64,000 nt of DNA, taken from NCBI GenBank assembly GCA_038868055.1, contig JAWBXD010000001.1, positions 10,425 to 74,424 of the forward strand, written 5' to 3'. Position numbers and translations under genes: made by a program. Source of the stretch: Candidatus Bathyarchaeia archaeon (lineage in GTDB: Archaea; Thermoproteota; Bathyarchaeia; Bathyarchaeales; Bathycorpusculaceae). The notes beneath the pieces are model-generated. The model had not been told where the DNA came from, ran no database searches, and worked only from the letters and a program-made list of their open reading frames with translations. Positions 27,556-35,740 of the stretch are shown here, piece after piece. Every line of letters begins with the position of its first letter. Position 1 is the stretch's first letter.

Positions 27556-27763
27556 CCGAAGTTTTTATTAAGTGCTCTGCCACCTCTTTCGCCCACTCAC
27601 CGGTGAACGGATTTTTGGCAATCTCTCTTAAATACTCTTTCCATGAAATATTCAAGGCTTTCTTCCAAACTTCATATTTCTCCACAATTTTTTGGTAAGC
27701 TTTCACATGCAAATCGCAATATCCGTCTTGAACTGCCTCCCTGTGGCATATGACACATTTCAA
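27536..27763 (-). CDS. Small CxxC...CxxH zinc-knuckle protein (~75 aa), proposed TTG start
   Basis: (M)KCVICHREAVQDGYCDLHVKAYQKIVEKYEVWKK... TTG at 27763-27761 lies one nt after the topA TAG stop, and GGGAGGAGAG sits just upstream inside the topA 3' end. The ORF-track ATG at 27892 would overlap topA by 128 nt. Confidence 0.5.
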   Translation of the reverse strand: MKCVICHREAVQDGYCDLHVKAYQKIVEKYEVWKKALNISWKEYLREIAKNPFTGEWAKEVAEHLIKTSGEKSGT

Positions 27764-27764
27764 G

Positions 27765-29837
27765 CTATCTTCTCTCCTCCCTTGCTGGACAGTTTGGGTT
27801 GAAACAAAGGTTCCATGGGCGTTTACCTTTAATCCTAACATGAACCGTTGGCCAACCGCATCTTTGACATTTTTTGCCGAGAGGGCGGACAAGCCCCTTT
27901 TGCGGGAGTGGAAAAGCTGCTTTGCATTGTTTTTTAAAGTAGTTTGTGCACCCGATGAAGCGTTTTCCAGTTTTCCTTGAATAGAGAATCATTAGCGTTC
28001 CTGTGCCGCAGATTGGACATTGCCCAATGATGCGTTCTTCGAGTCGCGCCTTCTTTATTGCTTTGCTTAGCTGTTCGCCGATAGCCTTTTCTTTGCTCTT
28101 TAACTCTTCCACAACGGGCTTTAAGATTTCTATGACATCCAGAAGAACGCTTTCCCGCTTTTCCATGTTTGCTTGAATCTTATCCATGCGTTCCTCAAGG
28201 TTTCGCGTCAGCTTTATCGAAACAATTGTTGGACAAAACTTCTTTAAAACTTCGAGAACCTCGAACCCAAGGTCCGTTACAACCATCCTTTCTTCGCGGA
28301 CATACTTCCTATCATATAGAGTTTGAATTATATCAGCTCTCGTGGCTTTTGTCCCTATCCCAACTTCCTCCATTTTTCTCAAAAGACTGCCAGGGTTGTA
28401 TCTGGGCGGGGGCTTTGTAAACTTGTCTTCTGAAACAACCTTAATAACCCGGAGTTTCTGTCCTTTCTCTATCCTTGGCAGGAGTACTTCTTCAGCCCTT
28501 ACGTATGGTTCATAAAAGCGAAGCCAACCCTCCTTAAGCGTCTGTCGCCCCCTCAAAATGAACTTGTACCCGTTAATGTTGATGCAGATCTTCACGCTTT
28601 GTCTCATGGCTGGTTCGCCGAAAACCGCCATAAACCTTCTAACAACTAAGTCCAGTATGCGTCTTTCAGGTTCCTCTAAAACCCTTTCTGGAAGGTTTCC
28701 AGTCGGGTAGATTGCGGGGTGCGCCGGGTCCTCTTTTTTGCCTTCATGGGGTTTCAATTCTTTTTTGGCTAGTAGTTCAACGGTAAGTCGGCTGTATTCT
28801 GGGACGGCGCTTAGGCTTTTGAGAATTCCTTCATAGTTGATTGCAGGCGGAAGTTTTTGGCTGCTTGTTCGTGGGTAAGAAATCAAAGCATCTAAGTATA
28901 GGCGTTGGGCAATGTCCAAAGTTCGCCTCGGAGTGTATCCAAAAAGGCTGTAAGCCTCACTTTGTAATGTGCCAATATCAAATGGGACGGGTGGCGCTTG
29001 CTGGAACTGTTTTTCTTCTATGCTTTCGACAACTCCATCCTCGCCTTTACAAGCATTTAAAATTGCCTCAACTTCCTGTTTTGTTTCGATAGAATCCCTT
29101 TCGTATTCAGCTTCGAAAATTTTCCCGTCTATTTCAACTTCAGCTTTAATCTCCCAGTATGGCGTGGGCACGAAGCTTCTTATGGCTTTTTCTCTTGCCA
29201 CTAGAAAGCGTAGTGTTGGTCCCTGCACTCTTCCGGTGCTTAATGTAGCATATTTTCCGCTCCAGTCTTTGGCGGCTAAAGTTAAAGCCCTTGTGAGGTT
29301 GACGCCGTACAACCAGTCAACTTCATGCCTCGTTCTGCCAGCCTCTATAAGGGCAAAATCAAGGGTTGGCAGCAACTTCTCGTATGCTTTTTCAAGCTCT
29401 TCCTTTGTTAGAGTGGAGTATTTCATCCTTTTTGCCACGTTTTCCTTGCCACCGCAAGCGTACTTTAGTATGCAGTATCCGATGATGCTTCCTTCAATGT
29501 CGTAGTCGCATGCGTCAATATAGGTATCCGCGCCTTGTGCAAGCTTGGAGATTGTTTCAAGCCAAACTCGAATTTGCTTCGCCCCTCTCTCAGCCATGTA
29601 ACGAGGAACCCATCTAAAACTGAAAACTGGGTAGTAGTTTCTTCCAATTTTTTCCTCAGCCACCGTGTAGAGGTGTCCGATGGCTGGAACAACCACTATC
29701 GGTTTATCTCTTTTAGCCACATAATATGGCACACCGTTATCCTCAACCTTTTCGACTTTCCCGTTCAAGTCTAGGGCTGAAGCTATCCTATAAGCGGCAT
29801 CCGGTTTCTCTGTGATGATGAGCGTGTAGCGTTCCAT
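27765..29837 (-). CDS. topA: DNA topoisomerase, type IA (archaeal TopA/Topo III-like) with C-terminal zinc ribbons
   Basis: Toprim start LIITEKPDAA. The active-site region contains ISYPRTSS (Tyr). C-terminal CPICG...GCTNY and CQRCGWP Zn ribbons. Start set at the ATG at 29837 (MERYTLIITEKP). Confidence 0.92.
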   Translation of the reverse strand: MERYTLIITEKPDAAYRIASALDLNGKVEKVEDNGVPYYVAKRDKPIVVVPAIGHLYTVAEEKIGRNYYPVFSFRWVPRYMAERGAKQIRVWLETISKLAQGADTYIDACDYDIEGSIIGYCILKYACGGKENVAKRMKYSTLTKEELEKAYEKLLPTLDFALIEAGRTRHEVDWLYGVNLTRALTLAAKDWSGKYATLSTGRVQGPTLRFLVAREKAIRSFVPTPYWEIKAEVEIDGKIFEAEYERDSIETKQEVEAILNACKGEDGVVESIEEKQFQQAPPVPFDIGTLQSEAYSLFGYTPRRTLDIAQRLYLDALISYPRTSSQKLPPAINYEGILKSLSAVPEYSRLTVELLAKKELKPHEGKKEDPAHPAIYPTGNLPERVLEEPERRILDLVVRRFMAVFGEPAMRQSVKICININGYKFILRGRQTLKEGWLRFYEPYVRAEEVLLPRIEKGQKLRVIKVVSEDKFTKPPPRYNPGSLLRKMEEVGIGTKATRADIIQTLYDRKYVREERMVVTDLGFEVLEVLKKFCPTIVSIKLTRNLEERMDKIQANMEKRESVLLDVIEILKPVVEELKSKEKAIGEQLSKAIKKARLEERIIGQCPICGTGTLMILYSRKTGKRFIGCTNYFKKQCKAAFPLPQKGLVRPLGKKCQRCGWPTVHVRIKGKRPWNLCFNPNCPAREERR

Positions 29838-29979
29838 GTAGGCACAGACCGTTAACCATGAATGAGGGGCTCTCAAAGATAAGCATACAGTCAAAATTAA
29901 AAGTTTCTGTGCGTCCACTCCAGCAACCAATAAATATGTGTTTTGCATTCCCCTCTATACTGTTAACGAGGTTACCATT

Positions 29980-30144
29980 ATGCCTCAAAAAGTTGTCTGT
30001 CACCAGTGTGGTCACGTTTTATACGAGGGGGCTGAACTGAAACCTCCAGACGAAATAATCCACAGATACAATGGTAAATGTCCCAACTGTGGCAGAAAAC
30101 TGGCTTTCATCCCGATAAATGTTGACATTAAACCGTTCAGGTAA
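29980..30144 (+). CDS. Small zinc-ribbon protein (54 aa)
   Basis: MPQKVVCHQCGHVLYEG...GKCPNCGRKLAF has two CxxC pairs. GAGGT lies 8 nt upstream of the ATG at 29980. Confidence 0.55.
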   Translation: MPQKVVCHQCGHVLYEGAELKPPDEIIHRYNGKCPNCGRKLAFIPINVDIKPFR

Positions 30145-30174
30145 TTGCAAGTTTCTTGGGATGGAGGTTTGTAA

Positions 30175-31308
<1,134 letters not shown>

Positions 31309-31374
31309 AAATTCAGAACACACCGTAAGGGAAATAAACATCCCGAATAATCTATTCAAAAGAGCTGAATTCAA

Positions 31375-33639
31375 ATGAAGTTCAAAAAAATCTTCACAAA
31401 AGAAACCTTTCTTAACGCCATCAAAAACTTTGGGAAAATTCGCCCAAAAATGAACAATGAATCCATCCTAACATCGACCACGTTAATAATTATTCTCGTT
31501 ATAGCCTTTGTTGTAAGACTTTTCCCGATGCGTTGGGAAATAGACCCAACAACCGGAAAATCAAATCTTCTACTTTCCGAATTCGACCCTTACTTCCAAT
31601 ACCGCTTTACAGAATACATTGTCAAGAACGGGTTCATATCATGGGCTTGGCCAAAGGAGTGGAAAGATGAACAACGATGGTATCCGCAAGGGTTTAATGT
31701 GGCAAGAGGAGCCTATCCAGGGCTTCCATTAACAGCCGCCTTCCTATACAAGATAATTTCTGCCTTAGGCGTGGGCATAGACCTTATGAGTTTCTGCGCA
31801 CTTTTCCCAGCCATAATGGGAGCCCTCGCCTGTCTAGCCATATACTTCTTGGGAAAAGACATAGGTGGTAAACCCGTAGGCCTTTTCGCGGCTCTGGTCC
31901 TAGCTTTACATCCGTCCTACATTCAGCGTACGTCTCTGGGCTTTTTTGACGATGAAACCGTTGGAATATTGGCTCTCATAATTTTTGCTTTCCTGTTTCT
32001 TAGGGCAATCGAAGAAAGCCGTCCAATAAACTCAACCGTGAAGTATGCTCTCGCTTCTGGAGCTTTTTTGGGATATTTCTGTGCCAGCTGGGGAGCAGCC
32101 TTCTATCCGATAGGGCTTACTGCCCTTTTCGTTTTTGTGTTGCTTGTCGCAAAAAGATACACACGTCGCCTTCTCCTCGTTTATAGCATAACCTTTGGTT
32201 TAGGGCTTTTTCTCGCTATAAACGTTCCATACCTTACGCCGAATTATCTCACCTCCACAGCTGTGGTTGCCGTCGCCGGGGTTCTCAGCCTATTGGTTCT
32301 TGCCGAGATTTTAAATGCAATGCCAACACAACAATGGAAAATGATAACCGTAATTGTTTTTCTGGCATTAATCGTCGGCGCTTTTGCGGTTCTATGGCAA
32401 ATGGGATACATGCGAGGTCTAACTGGAAAGTTTCTTTCAGTTGTAAATCCCTTTACGCGGGCTGAATCTCCACTTTATGAATCGGTGGCTGAACATAGAA
32501 TATCGGCATGGGGCACAATCTACTATGATCTTGGCATTGGGATAATATTCTTCGTGGTTGGTTTATTCTTTGCTAGCAGAAACCTTGACAACAAAAACTT
32601 GTTCCTTTTGACTTTTGGCTTAACCTCCCTCTATTTTGCATGTTCTATGGTGCGGTTGCTTGTGCTTATGGCACCTGCTTACAGCCTATTGGTTGGCGTT
32701 GGCATTAATGGGCTGTTGAAGCCTTTCGTCACGTTAATAAGGGAACCGCCCAGAATAGGTGTTAAAAGAAAGTTTGGGGTGGAGTATGTTGGGAAAGAAT
32801 TCAGCGGCGCCGCCATATTCATGATATTTTTAATTCTAATGACAAGCGTGGCTTTTCCAATGCCTAGGGTTTACAGGCAGGTTTATGCGCCCACTACCAT
32901 ATCTTCTGGAAGCCTCTCTCTCCTGCCAGACAGACCTGTGCAAGAATGGATAGACATGCTTTACTGGACTAGAACTAGGCTGAATGCGACAACTGTTGTT
33001 TGCAGCTGGTGGGACTACGGGTACTGGCTAACCATAATGGGAAATGTCACAACGCTAGCAGACAACGCAACGGTGAATGGAACTCAAATACAGAACATCG
33101 GCTTCATATTCATGGCTAATGAAACACAAGCAATTAAAATGCTAAAGCGATACAACGCCGAGTACATACTCGTCTACACAACGATACGCACCGACGGAAG
33201 CTGGGCTGGCGCTGGCGGCGACGAGGGAAAATGGGTTTGGATGGCTGCCATATCTGGAATAGACCGCTACCGTTTCATACGTGAAGGTTTAATTTCTGAA
33301 AGTGAAATGTGGACCAGCGACCTTGAAGAGATTAGGCAAAAGTTCGGAAACAATACTATGGGTTGGCTGGGTTGGCATTTCATAGGTGACAAAAACAATA
33401 ACAACCGGGTCGACATGGAGGAGCTTCAACCCACTCAAGGGCAAAACTCGACGATCTACAAGCTGATGCGCTATGCGGCGGAACGATGGTTACAAGAACG
33501 AGGACAGCCCACAACTTCGTCAATAAGGCTTCAGTATTTCAGCGAAGCTTATATTGCGGGTTTGAATAACGCTCAAGGTTACGGTGGAATTGTTCCGCTC
33601 GTCTGTCTTTACAAGATTAATTACCCGCCAGAACAGTGA
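31375..33639 (+). CDS. aglB: Archaeal oligosaccharyltransferase AglB (STT3 family)
   Basis: 754 aa, about 13 TM N-terminal half, catalytic WWDYGYW motif, DxD-like FDPYFQY and FFDDE loops. Confidence 0.93.
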   Translation: MKFKKIFTKETFLNAIKNFGKIRPKMNNESILTSTTLIIILVIAFVVRLFPMRWEIDPTTGKSNLLLSEFDPYFQYRFTEYIVKNGFISWAWPKEWKDEQRWYPQGFNVARGAYPGLPLTAAFLYKIISALGVGIDLMSFCALFPAIMGALACLAIYFLGKDIGGKPVGLFAALVLALHPSYIQRTSLGFFDDETVGILALIIFAFLFLRAIEESRPINSTVKYALASGAFLGYFCASWGAAFYPIGLTALFVFVLLVAKRYTRRLLLVYSITFGLGLFLAINVPYLTPNYLTSTAVVAVAGVLSLLVLAEILNAMPTQQWKMITVIVFLALIVGAFAVLWQMGYMRGLTGKFLSVVNPFTRAESPLYESVAEHRISAWGTIYYDLGIGIIFFVVGLFFASRNLDNKNLFLLTFGLTSLYFACSMVRLLVLMAPAYSLLVGVGINGLLKPFVTLIREPPRIGVKRKFGVEYVGKEFSGAAIFMIFLILMTSVAFPMPRVYRQVYAPTTISSGSLSLLPDRPVQEWIDMLYWTRTRLNATTVVCSWWDYGYWLTIMGNVTTLADNATVNGTQIQNIGFIFMANETQAIKMLKRYNAEYILVYTTIRTDGSWAGAGGDEGKWVWMAAISGIDRYRFIREGLISESEMWTSDLEEIRQKFGNNTMGWLGWHFIGDKNNNNRVDMEELQPTQGQNSTIYKLMRYAAERWLQERGQPTTSSIRLQYFSEAYIAGLNNAQGYGGIVPLVCLYKINYPPEQ

Positions 33640-33654
33640 AGAAGGCGAAAAATC

Positions 33655-34527
33655 TTGTTTCCAAAAGTTCCGGATTATCATAAGCCGAACAAGCCGCTTG
33701 TTCCAACGGGTTTAGGCGTTTTTTACGTGGTGGCAAGCGCCCTCTACCTTTTTATTTTACACTTATTTCTTGAAGGCAGTACTCCAACCCCTAACAAAGC
33801 TTTAACTTTGGCTGTTTGCATTTTGTTTGGCGGTTTCATGGGTTTGCTTGACGACTGGATGGACTTGCGGTGGCGTTATAAGGCTTTTTTCCCGTTGATT
33901 GCAGCGATTCCTCTTGTGGCTTTGGCGTATAAACTGCATGTTCGCACGGCTATAACTGTCCCGTTAGTTGGCACTATAGACCTTGAAATTTACAACATCT
34001 ATTACATCGCAGTAATACCTTTGATTGTAACGATTACCACAAATACTGTCAACCAGCTTGGAGGTTTGAATGGCTTGGAAACGATTTGCCCAGCCATTGT
34101 TTTGATGGGGCTTATGATTTTGTCCGAACAAAACGCCATTCTGTTAACTGTACCTTTGGCTGTCTGGTTGACGCTTGCATTCTTCAATTTTCAAGGCAAA
34201 ATTTTTGTCGGTAACACGGGGTCCTTCGCAGTTGGGATAACGTTGGCGGCTTTTGCGATAATTTCGGACTTAAAATGGTGTTTGCTCATTTCGATTTTGC
34301 CCTACATTTTCAATTCCTCGCTTATTTTGTTAAACTATTTCTTGTTCCGAACAAAGGCAAACGTTATTTTTGACGGTGTAAGGCTTGTCTCTAATCATAG
34401 GCGGAGTTTGATAACGCTTATCACGTATAACCGACCCATGACTGAGCGCCGAGTGGTCGTAATTGTTTCACTTCTGGTAGCGGCGTCAACAATGGCGGCG
34501 GTGCTTGTTCAAATGTTTTTGTTCTAA
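33655..34527 (+). CDS. GT4 polyprenyl-phosphate GlcNAc-1-phosphate transferase (AglH/WecA/MraY superfamily)
   Basis: LLDDWMDL (DDxxD) and NTVNQLGGLNGLE blocks in a 10-TM, 290-aa protein. Immediately downstream of aglB. Confidence 0.8.
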   Translation: MFPKVPDYHKPNKPLVPTGLGVFYVVASALYLFILHLFLEGSTPTPNKALTLAVCILFGGFMGLLDDWMDLRWRYKAFFPLIAAIPLVALAYKLHVRTAITVPLVGTIDLEIYNIYYIAVIPLIVTITTNTVNQLGGLNGLETICPAIVLMGLMILSEQNAILLTVPLAVWLTLAFFNFQGKIFVGNTGSFAVGITLAAFAIISDLKWCLLISILPYIFNSSLILLNYFLFRTKANVIFDGVRLVSNHRRSLITLITYNRPMTERRVVVIVSLLVAASTMAAVLVQMFLF

Positions 34528-34646
34528 CATGGCGGTTGTGTGTAGCAAAACATTACACACAAAAACCCAAGAAATGTAGGATGCGAGGCTTATTTCGCGG
34601 AGCTATTAGGCAACGGTTTAGCAGATGTTAACGTGAGGAATCAGCT

Positions 34647-35117
34647 ATTTGCCCCACCCTTTACGTTCCAAACGTCTCGGTTAAAGTCGAAGTCACCAGC
34701 ATTGTAGGGGTTAAGCTGGACTCAAAAGGTGGAGCTGGTGCAGTAAATTTTGAGGTTAAGGCGAAGCTTGAAGAGAAAGAGCGGAAAAGCCAAACGGTCG
34801 TCGTTGGTTTCTTTCTCCAACTGAACACGAAACCGGGCATCGTAAAATTTGAAATCGAAGGAACAGCCACTTTAACTGGCAAAGAGACTGAGATAAACAA
34901 GATGTTAGAGGTTGACCCTGAAACAAAATTGCCCTACGTTTTCCAAAAAGTTTACCAACACACATTCACAGCAATGTATCTTTTGTCAACAATATTGAAT
35001 ACGCCTCCGCCACCAGTAGACCTCCTACTTTTCGGCAGAGAGAGTATGCCAACGGAAAACATGGAACTGGCTTCAGAAGAAGCTAAAACCGTTGAAGAAT
35101 CCAAGCCTGAAGCATAG
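34647..35117 (+). CDS. Hypothetical protein (possibly SecB-like fold); 5' end unresolved, no canonical start codon
   Basis: The open frame 34632-35117 reads ...YVPNVSVKVEVTSIVGVKLDSKGGAGAVNFEVKAKLEEKERKSQTVVVGFFLQLNTKPGIVKFEIEGTATLTGKETEINKMLEVDPETKLPYVFQKVYQH... It looks coding well upstream of the only ATG (34902). ATT at 34647 lies 7 nt after GAGGA. Confidence 0.4.
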   Translation: MCPTLYVPNVSVKVEVTSIVGVKLDSKGGAGAVNFEVKAKLEEKERKSQTVVVGFFLQLNTKPGIVKFEIEGTATLTGKETEINKMLEVDPETKLPYVFQKVYQHTFTAMYLLSTILNTPPPPVDLLLFGRESMPTENMELASEEAKTVEESKPEA

Positions 35118-35171
35118 CCCTAAAGGTTTTAGGAAGAGTTTTATAGCTCTTTGCTGGTCTTTGTTGTTTGT

Positions 35172-35235
35172 CGGCGGGTGAGTGGGACCTCCCACCCGTT
35201 CCGCCATATAAACCCCGGCGTAGGGAGGTGAAAAA
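35172..35235 (+). promoter_or_regulatory. Structured 5' leader with an anti-SD element upstream of the QueT-family gene (candidate riboswitch or translational regulator)
   Basis: Mutually exclusive helices: GGCGG (35173-77)/CCGCC (35201-05), CGGGUG (35175-80)/CACCCG (35193-98), GUGGG (35182-86)/CCCAC (35191-95), CGCC (35202-05)/GGCG (35217-20). ACCUCCC (35187-93) is complementary to the SD GGGAGGU (35223-29). TATA-like TTTTATAG at 35139-46. Confidence 0.4.
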
Positions 35236-35733
35236 TTGAAGTTTAAAAGTGAAGATGTAGCTTTGACAGCCGTTTTTGCCGCGTTCTACGCTGCTGGAGT
35301 TGTTTTCTTAACGCCCATAAGCTTCGAAGTTTTTCAATTAAGGGTGGCTGATGCGTTGTTGCCATTGGCTGTTGTCTTCGGGTTGCCAGTGGCTCTTGGA
35401 ACAAGTTTCGGTTGTTTCATTGCAAACTTTTATGGCAGTTTAGGCCTGGTCGACGTTGTTGGTGGCGCCTTTGCAAACTTTGTCGCGTGCATCTTGGCGT
35501 GGCGCATTGGTGAGAAAACAGTCCTGCGCAGGTTTACATCCTGCCTTGCAGAAACAGCTGTTGTAACACTAGTCGTGGGAAGTTACTTGTCTGTGCTCCT
35601 TAATGTGCCAATAGAGATTAGTTTACTTGGCATTTTCTTGGGCTCTATGGTTGCAATAAACATTCTAGGCTTCGGTCTTCTGGAAGCACTGTATCGAAGC
35701 GGTGTAGCAAAAAGGTTCGTAGAAAGAGGCTAA
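35236..35733 (+). CDS. queT: QueT-family transporter (ECF-type S component for queuosine/archaeosine precursors)
   Basis: 165 aa, 5 TM. LTAVFAAFYAAGVVFLTPISFEVFQLRVADALLPLAVVFG...GCFIANFYGSLGLVDVVGGAFANF matches the QueT pattern as recalled. TTG start lies 6 nt after GGGAGGTG. Confidence 0.65.
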   Translation: MKFKSEDVALTAVFAAFYAAGVVFLTPISFEVFQLRVADALLPLAVVFGLPVALGTSFGCFIANFYGSLGLVDVVGGAFANFVACILAWRIGEKTVLRRFTSCLAETAVVTLVVGSYLSVLLNVPIEISLLGIFLGSMVAINILGFGLLEALYRSGVAKRFVERG

Positions 35734-35740
35734 CGTTTCC

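Noticed and set aside
35172-35235. Assignment of the queT leader to a specific preQ1 riboswitch class (I, II or III)
   Set aside because: Comparison with the consensus sequences I can recall gave only a vague resemblance (a helix followed by AUAUAAAC). I keep it as an unclassified structured leader only.
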